Source: Acidimicrobiales bacterium
GTDB lineage: Bacteria > Actinomycetota > Acidimicrobiia > Acidimicrobiales > GCA-2861595
Assembly (NCBI GenBank): GCA_035540975.1
Contig: DATLFN010000146.1
Span: 14,010 to 78,009 of the forward strand
Direction: 5' to 3'
DNA: 64,000 bases
Part shown: piece after piece, positions 54,731-63,070 of the stretch
How positions within the stretch are numbered: the stretch's first letter is position 1
How the letters are laid out: every line of letters starts with the position of its first letter
Translations under genes and position numbers: made by a program
The notes under the pieces: model-generated
What the model was told of the DNA's origin: nothing
Seen by the model: the letters and a program-made list of their open reading frames with translations, nothing else
The model's database searches: none

Positions 54731-54774
54731 GGACTCATGATCCCTCGGTCGCTGGTTCGATCCCAGCCGGGCCC
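54731..54774 (+). repeat. attR-side direct repeat (tRNA 3'-half remnant)
   Basis: ggactcatgatccctcggtcgctggttcgatcccagccgggccc. Differs from 27878-27921 at one base (54739 G vs 27886 A). No tRNA 5' half lies upstream. Confidence 0.85.
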
Positions 54775-54807
54775 GCCTCGTGACCCGGTCGTCGTGGTCA
54801 GCGGACG

Positions 54808-55239
54808 TCAGCGGCCGGCGATGTAGGCGTTGCGGAGCACCGATGCCTCCAGCTCCATCTCCTCGAGCCGGTGCTTCAACAGGTCGCCGATGCTGACCAG
54901 GCCGACGAGATGCTCCCCGTCGACGACGGGGAGGTGGCGGTGACGGGTGCGCGTCATCGTCGCCATGGCGTCACGGATCGAGCTGTCCGGGCGGCAGGTC
55001 ACCGCCGGGGACATGACCTTGGCCACGGGCATCTCGATCAGCCGGGGGCCGTGGTGGGCGAGGGCACGGACGACGTCACGCTCGGCGAGGACGCCGTCGA
55101 CCCGCCGCCCGTCGGGCGAGACGACGAGGGCGCCGATGCGCTTGTCGCTCAGCCGGTGGATGGCGAGCCCGACCGGCGCGTCGGGCCGGATCGTCTCGAC
55201 CGAGCCGCCCTTCGCCTCGAGGATGCCGACGACGTTCAT
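54808..55239 (-). CDS. CBS-pair domain protein
   Basis: ATG 55239 (MNVVGILEAKG). Two CBS motifs (IGALVVSPDGRRVDGVLAERDVVRAL; HRHLPVVDGEHLVGLVSIGDLLKH). Confidence 0.85.
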   Translation of the reverse strand: MNVVGILEAKGGSVETIRPDAPVGLAIHRLSDKRIGALVVSPDGRRVDGVLAERDVVRALAHHGPRLIEMPVAKVMSPAVTCRPDSSIRDAMATMTRTRHRHLPVVDGEHLVGLVSIGDLLKHRLEEMELEASVLRNAYIAGR

Positions 55240-55491
55240 GGGCGGACCTCCCTGCTCGCGGACCTGTGCCCATCGTCCCTCGGAACCGGCGCCGCGACAA
55301 TCCCCCTGGCGAGGAAACCCCGCGACGGCGTCGGGCCGCGTGCGACAATGGAGGTGTGAGGCAACGGGGGGTTGCATGTCCCTCCCCCGGGCAACCGGTC
55401 GTTGTATTGTCCTGCCGAAGTTGTTTACTTCCCCCATTCCGGGGGTGACCGCGGAACCGACCGACCACGACCACAAGGACACGCGACCACA

Positions 55492-55929
55492 ATGGCGAAG
55501 AAGGCTGCACCGGCAAAGGCGGCGGCACGACGGACGGGTATGAGCGACCGGCACAAGGCGGCGCTCGCGGAGGGACGCGAGCAGGGGCGCGCCGTGCGGC
55601 GTTATCTCGAGGCGCTCGAGCAGAACCGCCCGAAGCGGGGACGCAAGCGGACGCGGGAATCGGTGGAGCGGCGCCTGGCCGCGGTGGAGGAGCAGCTGGC
55701 TGCCGCCGAGCCGTTGGGGCGGCTCCATCTCATCCAGGAGCGCATCGACCTCCAGGAGGAGCTCTCGGGGATGACCGGCGACGGCGTCGATCTGGGCGCC
55801 CTCGAGGACGCGTTCGTGAAGGCGGCGCCGGGCTACGGGGCCCGTCGGGGGATCACCTATTCAGCGTGGCGGGCGGCGGGCGTGCCGCCCGCCGTCCTGC
55901 GCCGGGCCGGCATCGGTCGCTCCTCGTAG
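55492..55929 (+). CDS. Hypothetical basic/coiled-coil protein
   Basis: ATG 55492 (MAKKAAPAKAAARR). Helical Arg/Glu-rich body. High GC3. No motif recognised. Confidence 0.6.
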   Translation: MAKKAAPAKAAARRTGMSDRHKAALAEGREQGRAVRRYLEALEQNRPKRGRKRTRESVERRLAAVEEQLAAAEPLGRLHLIQERIDLQEELSGMTGDGVDLGALEDAFVKAAPGYGARRGITYSAWRAAGVPPAVLRRAGIGRSS

Positions 55930-55979
55930 CTGGAGGCTTGGGCGTCGCCCGCCGGCGTGACGGTGTTCGCGCCCTCGTC

Positions 55980-56300
55980 TCAGGAAGATGCCGCGTCGCC
56001 TGCCGCCAGGCGCGGCCGGCGACTGCCGACGCGGCCGAGGGCGATGGCGAGCGCCTCGACCGCCCGACCCGTGAGGTCGTTCGGGCGAACGCCGTTGGCC
56101 GTCTCCAGGCGCTCCAGCGCCCGGCGCACGGCGATGGGGGCGGCCGGCGTGGCGCCCGCCATGGCAACCAGTGAGTCGGCGGCGAGGTCGGCGCTGACAT
56201 CGGGCCGCAGCGCCAGGGCGAGGGCCCGCGCCTGAAGTCGGTGGTCGAGGTCGGAGCGGGCTCGGGGCGCACCTCTCGCGTCGTCCAGGGCTCTCGGCAT
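55980..56300 (-). CDS. Hypothetical protein
   Basis: 106-aa ORF with coding-like GC3. Ala/Arg/Leu-rich helices. No motif recognised. Confidence 0.4.
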   Translation of the reverse strand: MPRALDDARGAPRARSDLDHRLQARALALALRPDVSADLAADSLVAMAGATPAAPIAVRRALERLETANGVRPNDLTGRAVEALAIALGRVGSRRPRLAAGDAASS

Positions 56301-56579
56301 CGAGACCTTCCGTGTCGGCCCTGGCGCGGACCAGAGCAGCGCTCATCTGTCCACCAGCGTCCGGGGGCGAATGGGCGGCGGATTGCGACAATGGCGACCG
56401 TACCAAGGCGGTTTGAACGACACAAGTCGACATTGCGGTCACGCCCTATCCAAGTGGATGGATGCCGCGAATGCCGCGGACGCCGTCGCACGACGCCGTC
56501 CGACAGGGAGGGGTCCCGGGAGGCGGTCCGGCCGCCGGCGCCCCGGCGACGGTCGGGCGGCCGCCGCGGCGGCCGGCTG

Positions 56580-56810
56580 TCAGCGCGGGGTCCCCAGTCG
56601 CAGGCTCGGTCGGGTAGGCGCCCGCTCGCAGGTCGACCGCGACGGGCAGCCCGGGCAGGTCGCCGGGTTCACCCGGTCGATCCAGCCGAGCGCCAGGTGC
56701 CAGCAGGAGCCGCAGTCGCGGCAGAGCAGGTTGGTCTCCTCGCCGTCGAAGGTGGGTGACAGTCGGCCGTTGCCGCACGTGGGACAAGGCCCGATCCGTC
56801 CGGCGAGCAT
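56580..56810 (-). CDS. Small zinc-ribbon protein
   Basis: Start taken at MLAGRIGPCPTCGNG. CPTC...CRDC...C..C cysteine pairs. The ORF in the track extends to 56954. Confidence 0.5.
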   Translation of the reverse strand: MLAGRIGPCPTCGNGRLSPTFDGEETNLLCRDCGSCWHLALGWIDRVNPATCPGCPSRSTCERAPTRPSLRLGTPR

Positions 56811-56952
56811 TCGGGGGTTGGTGTCCACGGACCAAGTGTTCCGCGCCTGCGATCTTCCTCCCAGGGCCCTCCGTCGGCTCGGCACAGGACCTTCGGCACT
56901 GGGCCGCCTCCGCATCGGGGGCACAGAATCGTTGGCGGAAAAGGAGCTTCGC

Positions 56953-57672
56953 ATGTCCGACAGCCTCGGCTACCTGATGTTCCTCGCCGCGACGTGGTTC
57001 GCCGTCGGCGTCGCGCTCTCCGTCGCCATGGGCCGGCGCGGGCACAACAGCTTCGGCTGGTTCGTGCTCGGCTCGGTCCTGGGCCCGCTCGCCGTGGTGC
57101 TCGCCCTCGACGCCCGGCGCCACGGCGAGGACTTCGAGCACGGGCCCGTCCACGTGGGCGAGCCCGGCACCGCCGGCTCGGGACCGGTCGACGTCCTCGT
57201 CGGCTACGACGCCTCGTCGGCCTCGTCGGCCTCTCCGGCCTCGTCGGCCTCGTCGGCCTCGTCGGCCTCGTCGGCTTCGTCGGCCTCGGTGGCCGCCCTC
57301 GACGCCGCGGTCGCCCTCCTCGGCGACCGCATCGGCCGACTGACGGTGGCCACCGTGGTGCCGTACGGGGGCGCCAGGGACCAGGAGACGGACGCGACCG
57401 ACCGCCTGCGCCGGCTGGCCCGCCGCAACCCGCAACGGGCGCCGGAGCTGGAGATCCTCCACGGCCATCCCTCGACCGCTCTCGCCCGATGCGCGGTGGA
57501 GAACGGCTACCAGCTGGTCGCCGTGGGCAGGCGCGGCGCCGGGATCACCAAGGCCATCCTCGGCAGCGCGGCTTCGGAACTGGCCCGGGACAGCATGGTG
57601 CCGGTACTCCTGGTCGGGGGCCACCCCGTCGACGTCCCGGACGCCGCCGACTTCGCCGTCGCCGCCTCGTGA
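56953..57672 (+). CDS. Membrane-anchored universal stress protein (Usp) with Ser/Ala repeat linker
   Basis: AAGGAG lies 6 nt before ATG 56953. Two TM helices. (ASS)n linker. Usp C-terminal block LVAVGRRGAGITKAILGSAASELARDSMVPVLLV. Confidence 0.8.
   Translation: MSDSLGYLMFLAATWFAVGVALSVAMGRRGHNSFGWFVLGSVLGPLAVVLALDARRHGEDFEHGPVHVGEPGTAGSGPVDVLVGYDASSASSASPASSASSASSASSASSASVAALDAAVALLGDRIGRLTVATVVPYGGARDQETDATDRLRRLARRNPQRAPELEILHGHPSTALARCAVENGYQLVAVGRRGAGITKAILGSAASELARDSMVPVLLVGGHPVDVPDAADFAVAAS
57211..57291 (+). repeat. 9-bp in-frame microsatellite, 9 units (GCCTCGTCG consensus)
   Basis: 6 perfect units plus 3 variants (gcctctccg, gcttcgtcg, gcctcggtg). Encodes ASSASSASPASSASSASSASSASSASV inside the Usp gene. 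Confidence 0.9.
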
Positions 57673-58221
57673 GCTGAACCGGCCACGGGCCGGTCCTCCC
57701 GGCGCCCGGGCCGCGCCCGCAGCACCCTCGCCGGCGGTGCCGGCCCCGCGTGCGCGCCGGCGCGCCCGGCGACGGTCACGGCGACGGCCGGAGCGCAGCG
57801 GGGGTGCCAGGGGCAATGGCACCCGGGGCGCTCATCGGCCGGCGCCGTGAGCGGGGCACGCCGGGTCGACGGGTCGGGACAGGTGGCCCGAAACGTCTGA
57901 CCGGCGCCCCGCGGACGGGGACGGGCGGCGCCTTCCTGCCCGATGGGTTCATGGCGGTACGCCCCCTCCGTCTCGTCACCTCCATCCTGGGGCGCAGCGC
58001 GGCCCGGTTCGAGTGCCGTTGGTCCGGACGGGCCGGGCCGTACGTCCCGATCCGGCCACTCGGCGGCGTCGGCCGGGTGCCGGCGGGCCGAAGGTCCCGA
58101 GTCGGCCGTGCGCGGGCCCGCCCACGTCGGGACGTTCGGCACTGGGAGGCGGGGGTGCGGGACGGGCACGATTGCGTTCGTGAGACGGACGGTGGAGCTG
58201 TCGACAGGACTTCGGGCACCC

Positions 58222-58731
58222 ATGGCCCGCGCTGGCGAGGTGCTGGTCGCCGAGCCGGCCAGCGTGGTCACCGACGACAGCACGCCCGACGAGCGGCGCC
58301 TGCGCCGCCTGAACACGACGCTCGGCATCGACCTCGGTCCCGCCGGCCGGCTCGAAGCGCGGGTGGTCGTCGAGATGGGCACCGCCCGAGCGGACGTCGA
58401 CCGGACCACCATCGCCGTGCGCTGGCACGCCGCCGGCTGGGAGCGCATGTTCCCGGCGTTCGCCGGGGTGCTCGAGGCCCGCAAGGAGGGCGAGGCCGCC
58501 GCCCTGGTGCTGCGGGGGACGTACACGGTGCCCCTCGGGCCGCTGGGCGGCTTCGGCGACGGCCTGGCCGGCCGCAGGGTGGCCGGCCGGTCCCTGACCG
58601 CCTTCCTGGAGCAGGCCGCCCGCCGCCTCGACGCCGAGGTCGACCGCCGGTACTCGGCGGCGGCAGCCCCGTCGCTCTCGCCGTACCTCGTCGCACTCCG
58701 CGAGCTCGGCTCGGGCTACCCGGTCGGGTGA
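58222..58731 (+). CDS. Hypothetical protein
   Basis: ATG 58222 (MARAGEVLVAEPA). Beta-rich. High GC3. Ends 4 nt before the next gene, so likely co-transcribed. Confidence 0.5.
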   Translation: MARAGEVLVAEPASVVTDDSTPDERRLRRLNTTLGIDLGPAGRLEARVVVEMGTARADVDRTTIAVRWHAAGWERMFPAFAGVLEARKEGEAAALVLRGTYTVPLGPLGGFGDGLAGRRVAGRSLTAFLEQAARRLDAEVDRRYSAAAAPSLSPYLVALRELGSGYPVG

Positions 58732-58735
58732 CGGG

Positions 58736-59164
58736 ATGCCCGTGGCGGACCTCGATCGACCTCCGTGGATCGAGTACCTGGGCCCGGCGGAGTGCTGGAA
58801 GCTGCTGTCGCTGCACCCCGTCGGCCGGGTCGGCGTCATCGTCGACAGCGTGCCGGAGATCTACCCCGTGAACCACGTGGTCGACCGGCAGTCGGTCGTC
58901 TTCCGGACCGACGCCGGCAACAAGCTCCGCGGGCTGGCGCTCACGCCGGCCGTGTGCTTCGAGGCCGACGGGATCAACCTCGACGACTGCACCGGCTGGA
59001 GCGTGCTCGTGAAGGGCCGGGCGGTGGAGGTCACGGCGCCGGAAGAGCGGTCGCAGGTCGCCGCCCTGCCGCTGCGCTCGTGGGCCTCCGACGCCAAGCC
59101 GCACTGGGTCCGCATCGTCGCCCGCGAGATCACCGGCCGTCGGATCCACCGCCACGGCGGTTGA
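58736..59164 (+). CDS. Pyridoxamine 5'-phosphate oxidase-family (FMN/F420 split-barrel) protein
   Basis: ECWKLLSLHPVGRVGV...YPVNHVVDRQSVVFRTDAGNKL...VCFEADG...GWSVLVKGRA is the PPOX-class fold pattern. Confidence 0.8.
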   Translation: MPVADLDRPPWIEYLGPAECWKLLSLHPVGRVGVIVDSVPEIYPVNHVVDRQSVVFRTDAGNKLRGLALTPAVCFEADGINLDDCTGWSVLVKGRAVEVTAPEERSQVAALPLRSWASDAKPHWVRIVAREITGRRIHRHGG

Positions 59165-59225
59165 CCACCGCCGGGTCGCACGCCGGGCGGACCGGCCCGG
59201 CGCACGATCGGCGTGCGCAGGCCGC

Positions 59226-60248
59226 TTACGACTCGGCCCGGCGGGTCATGGCGAAGATGTGCTGGGCGTTGGCGGCGTCGAACGCCAGGTCGACGCCCGA
59301 CCCGTCGGGCAGCGGCAGGCGGGTGATGAACTCGAAGAAGGACCCGGGTACGTGGCGGACGACGGGCGCGCCGTCGTCACCCCGGAGCTCCCGCTCGACG
59401 ATGGCGGCCCGGTGGGCCGTCTGGAGGATGCGTCCCGACCGGGACACCTCCACGTCGTCCTTGACGGGACGGCCGGCCCGGCGCTCGGCGTCGGCCAGCG
59501 CCACCACGTCGGGCACCCGGTCGGTGGCGTGGTTGAACACCGTCCCCTCGGTGGCGATCCACGCCATCTCCGCCGACTCGCCGAGCAGCAGCTCGTAGTC
59601 CGCCACGGCGGGCGCCCGGTGCTGGCGACGGAAGCACGCCAGGAGGAAGGGCAGCAGGGCCCGGGCGCGGTCGAGGCCCAGCGAACCGTCGGTGGCGAGG
59701 GCGGCGAGGTCGGCCGCGTCGTCGTCGGTGAGCGGGTCATGCGACGTGGCGAGCACCCGGGCGGCCGCCTCCTGGAACGGGGCGGAGAACCGGTCGGCGT
59801 GCAGCTCGCTGACGAAGTACTGCGGGACGTCCTCGGGCAGGTCGAGGTGGCACCACGACCGACCCGTCATGCGCAGGGCGTTCAGCTCGTAGGTGTCCCT
59901 GTGGGCATAGCCCAGGGCGGCGAGGGCCCGGGTGACGCTCTCCTGCCCCTCCGGCAGGTCGCCGCATGCGACACCACGCACCGTCCGCACGGCGCCGTGG
60001 TCCAGGAACACCTTGTCGTGCGCCGCCAGCTTGTCGTGCACGTAGGCGGCTCCGGTGGGGACGGCGTGCAGCAGGTCGTCCATCAGCAGCACGGCGAGGG
60101 CCTGGGCGACGACCACCCGGGGCACGGCGCCGTCCTCCTCCGGTGGGACGAGGAGGACGGGGTGGAGCACCATGCCCCGCAGGAGCCCGGTCGCCCGGTC
60201 GTCGCCGATCGAGGCGGCGACCAGCGCGTGGAGGGCGGAGCCGTCCAT
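59226..60248 (-). CDS. DUF1338/HglS-like 2-oxoadipate dioxygenase/decarboxylase family protein
   Basis: ATG 60248 (MDGSALHALV). YFVSEL, WIATEGTVFNHATDRV, and FFEFITR resemble YdcJ/HglS family blocks as recalled. The track ORF (to 61388) is an out-of-frame extension over the next gene. Confidence 0.7.
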   Translation of the reverse strand: MDGSALHALVAASIGDDRATGLLRGMVLHPVLLVPPEEDGAVPRVVVAQALAVLLMDDLLHAVPTGAAYVHDKLAAHDKVFLDHGAVRTVRGVACGDLPEGQESVTRALAALGYAHRDTYELNALRMTGRSWCHLDLPEDVPQYFVSELHADRFSAPFQEAAARVLATSHDPLTDDDAADLAALATDGSLGLDRARALLPFLLACFRRQHRAPAVADYELLLGESAEMAWIATEGTVFNHATDRVPDVVALADAERRAGRPVKDDVEVSRSGRILQTAHRAAIVERELRGDDGAPVVRHVPGSFFEFITRLPLPDGSGVDLAFDAANAQHIFAMTRRAES

Positions 60249-60253
60249 CTCGC

Positions 60254-61345
60254 TCACGCCGCCATCGCCGAGGCGTCGAAGAGCCGGCCGGTGGAGGTGG
60301 CGAGGAAGTCGCCGTAGTCGACATCCTCCTGGCGGATCAGGCCGGCCGCCGGGAGCTTCCCCGCCGCCACCAGCTCGACCACCGCGCATGCCGAGGCGGC
60401 CGTCGTCCACGAGATCGCACGCCAGCGCCGGCCGTCGATCGTCAGCGGCTCGAAGGAGCGCACGAACTGCTCGCGGACGAACCGGCCGTCCCGCGTGCCC
60501 TCGGCCGCCACGTAGAGGTAGACGACGTCGTCGTCGACGGGCGGCTTGGCGTCGACCAGGATCCGGCCCGCCAGCGCCCGGTCCTTGCGCAGGTGCAGCT
60601 CGTCGAAGAAGAACCGCATGAGCTGGCAGTGGCCCGGATAGCGGAGCGTCTTGTAGTCCATGTGGTCGACCCGCCCCTCGAAGGTGCGGCACATCGTCCC
60701 GAGCCCTCCCGACGTGGCGAACGCCTCCAGCTGGGTGCCTCCGATCCACACCGTCTCCAGGTCGCTCATGGCGGGGACCAGTCGGACGGCTCCGTCGCGG
60801 ATCACCTCGCAGTCGTTCAGGTACTCGTTCACCACGCCCTCGGGCGACCAGTTGAAGGCGTAACCCAGCAGGCCGCTCGGGTGGCGGGGAAGGGCGCCCA
60901 CCTTCATCTCCAGCGAGTGGGCCCGGTCCAGGCCACGGGCCAGCGAGGCGCCCACGATGGCGATGAGCCCGGGGGCCAGCCCACACGAGGGCGCGAACGC
61001 CGTGCCGGCCCCGTCGGCCAGCTCCGCCACCCGCGAGGCGCTGGTGGTGTCCTCCGAGAGGTCGAAGTAGTGGGCGCCCACGTCGGCCGCCGCCCGGGCG
61101 ACGGGCAGGTTGAGCCGGTAGGGCAGGGCGGCGACGACGGCGTCGGCGCCGGCCAGCGCGGTGCGCACGGCCACGGGGTCGTCCACGTCGAGCGCCGTGA
61201 CGGGGAACGGCATGCCGGGACGGGGCGACTGGTCGGCGCCGGTGACGCCGTGGCCGGCGCCGTGCAGGAGGCGCGCGAGCAGCTCGCCGACTATCCCGAG
61301 CCCGATCACCACCACCCGGTCGAGCACCGTGCCCACGTCGGCCAT
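60254..61345 (-). CDS. Saccharopine dehydrogenase-family oxidoreductase (possible lysine 6-dehydrogenase)
   Basis: ATG 61345. Rossmann VVVIGLGIVGELLARLL. GLAPGL. FNWSPEGVVNEY. Sacchrp_dh C-terminal-like body. Confidence 0.8.
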   Translation of the reverse strand: MADVGTVLDRVVVIGLGIVGELLARLLHGAGHGVTGADQSPRPGMPFPVTALDVDDPVAVRTALAGADAVVAALPYRLNLPVARAAADVGAHYFDLSEDTTSASRVAELADGAGTAFAPSCGLAPGLIAIVGASLARGLDRAHSLEMKVGALPRHPSGLLGYAFNWSPEGVVNEYLNDCEVIRDGAVRLVPAMSDLETVWIGGTQLEAFATSGGLGTMCRTFEGRVDHMDYKTLRYPGHCQLMRFFFDELHLRKDRALAGRILVDAKPPVDDDVVYLYVAAEGTRDGRFVREQFVRSFEPLTIDGRRWRAISWTTAASACAVVELVAAGKLPAAGLIRQEDVDYGDFLATSTGRLFDASAMAA

Positions 61346-61433
61346 GGTACGGGTGCCCGCCTCCCCTGACGCGAGCAGCCGTTCCCACGGCACGGGGGCC
61401 CGGACGACGGCGGGACTGCCATCATGGAGGGCG

Positions 61434-63005
61434 ATGGCCGTCGGCGCACGCTCTGCCGGGCCGCCAGCCGCGCCACCCCCGACCGACGAGCTGGTGGAAG
61501 CGGCTCGGGCCGCGTTCGGCCAGCTGGGCGTCCCGTGGCCCGATGGGCGCGGTGCGGGCGCCGTCGTGGCCGTCGTCGCCCGCACGCCCGTCACCGGCGG
61601 AGCGCTCGCCCGCCTTCCCGCCGCGACGCCCGACGACGTCGACACCGCGGTGCAGCGGGCGGCGGAGGTCTCCGCCGAGTGGCGGGCGGTCCCCGCCCCG
61701 CGGCGCGGCGAGGTCGTGCGCCTCCTGGGCGAGCAGCTGCGCCGCCACCACGGCCCGCTCGCCGAGCTGGTGACCCTGGAGGCGGGCAAGATCCGCTCCG
61801 AGGCGCGGGGCGAGGTCCAGGAGATGATCGACATGTGCGACTTCGCCGTCGGTCTCTCCCGCCAGCTGTACGGGCTCACCATGCCGTCCGAGCGGCCGGG
61901 CCACCGGATGGCGGAGGTGTGGCACCCGCTCGGCGTGTGCGGGGTCATCACGTCGTTCAACTTCCCGGTGGCGGTGTGGGCGTGGAACGCGGCGATCGCC
62001 CTGGTCTGCGGCGACCCGGTGGTGTGGAAGCCGTCCGAGAAGACGGCGCTCACCGCGCTGGCGTGCGCCGCGCTGGTCGACCGGGCGGCTGTCGCCGCCG
62101 GCGCTCCCGAGGGCCTGTGCCAGGTCCTGCTCGGCGGGCCCGAGGTGGGGGAGCGGCTGGCCTCGTCGCCCTCCGTCCCGCTCGTCTCCGCCACCGGTTC
62201 CACCCGCATGGGCCGGGCCGTGGCGCCCCGGGTGGCGGCCCGCTTCGGGCGGTGCCTGCTGGAGCTGAGCGGGAACAACGGTGCCGTCGTCGCCCCGTCC
62301 GCCGACCTCGACCTGGCCGTGCGGGCGGTGGCGTTCGCCGCCGCCGGCACCGCCGGCCAGCGCTGCACGACGCTGCGCCGCCTCATCGTCCACCGGTCGC
62401 GCCACGACGAGCTGGTCGAGCGGCTGATCGCCGCCTACCGCACCCTCCCGGTGGGGAGCCCCCTGGACGAGGCCACGCTCGTCGGCCCGCTGGTCGACGG
62501 TGCCGCGTACGCGGCGATGGTGTCGGCGCTCGCCCGCGTCGCCGAGGAGGGCGGCACCGTCGTCTCCGGGGGCGAGCGGGAGCTGGAGGACGAGGCCCCC
62601 GAGGCGTTCTACGTCCGGCCCGCCATCTCGTGCCTGCCGCAGCAGTCGGCCGTGGTCCTCCAGGAGACCTTCGCCCCCCTGCTCCACGTCCTGGCCTACG
62701 ACGACTGGGACGAGGCGGTGGCCCTGCACAACGCGGCGAGCCACGGGCTGTCCTCGTCGGTCTTCACGACCGACGTGCGGGAGGCCGAGCGCTTCGTGTC
62801 GGCCGCCGGCTCCGACTGCGGGATCGCCAACGTCAACATCGGTCCCTCGGGGGCCGAGATCGGCGGCGCCTTCGGCGGCGAGAAGGAGACGGGAGGCGGC
62901 CGCGAGGCGGGCTCGGACTCCTGGAAGGCGTACATGCGTCGCCAGACCACCACGGTCAACTATTCGGACGACCTCCCGCTGGCCCAGGGCGTCGAGTTCC
63001 TCTGA
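61434..63005 (+). CDS. ALDH7-like aldehyde dehydrogenase (piperideine-6-carboxylate / aminoadipate-semialdehyde dehydrogenase type)
   Basis: FNFPVAVWAWN, VWKPSE, ELSGNNG, catalytic GQRCTT, and C-terminal GGEKETGGGREAGSDSWKAYMRR, which is typical of the ALDH7 clade as I recall it. Confidence 0.85.
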   Translation: MAVGARSAGPPAAPPPTDELVEAARAAFGQLGVPWPDGRGAGAVVAVVARTPVTGGALARLPAATPDDVDTAVQRAAEVSAEWRAVPAPRRGEVVRLLGEQLRRHHGPLAELVTLEAGKIRSEARGEVQEMIDMCDFAVGLSRQLYGLTMPSERPGHRMAEVWHPLGVCGVITSFNFPVAVWAWNAAIALVCGDPVVWKPSEKTALTALACAALVDRAAVAAGAPEGLCQVLLGGPEVGERLASSPSVPLVSATGSTRMGRAVAPRVAARFGRCLLELSGNNGAVVAPSADLDLAVRAVAFAAAGTAGQRCTTLRRLIVHRSRHDELVERLIAAYRTLPVGSPLDEATLVGPLVDGAAYAAMVSALARVAEEGGTVVSGGERELEDEAPEAFYVRPAISCLPQQSAVVLQETFAPLLHVLAYDDWDEAVALHNAASHGLSSSVFTTDVREAERFVSAAGSDCGIANVNIGPSGAEIGGAFGGEKETGGGREAGSDSWKAYMRRQTTTVNYSDDLPLAQGVEFL

Positions 63006-63070
63006 TCGCCGTCCGAACGGTTCTCTGGACGTCGGGCGCCGGTATGCGGCGATCTCCGTCCACGGAACGG

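Larger units (their letters stand above)
27878..54774. mobile_element. ~26.9 kb integrated genomic island at tRNA-Met (int/xis module plus glycan biosynthesis cargo), probably immobilised
   Basis: Bounded by a 44-bp direct repeat (43/44 identical) of the tRNA 3' half. A tyrosine recombinase gene lies directly next to the tRNA, followed by xis-like HTH and vapBC remnants. Confidence 0.7.

Noticed and set aside
54700-54780. A second tRNA gene at the island's right end
   Set aside because: Only the anticodon-loop-to-acceptor 3' half is present. No matching 5' acceptor or D-arm lies upstream. It is an att-site remnant.
55293-56393. Recurring TGCGACAATGG / CGCGACAATCC motif (55293, 55341, 56383) as a regulator site or extended -10
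   Set aside because: Exact 11-mer recurrences are expected by chance many times in 64 kb. Spacing to downstream genes is inconsistent.
57673-58221. A gene in the ~550-bp gap after the Usp gene (ORFs 57750-58871 plus strand, 57776-58219 minus strand)
   Set aside because: All candidate translations are Arg/Gly/Pro-rich without motifs or SD. The region is left unannotated.
60249-61388. Upstream extension of ORF 59226-61388 (720 aa)
   Set aside because: The extension is an out-of-frame overlap with the saccharopine-dehydrogenase gene. The HglS-like domain begins at ATG 60248.
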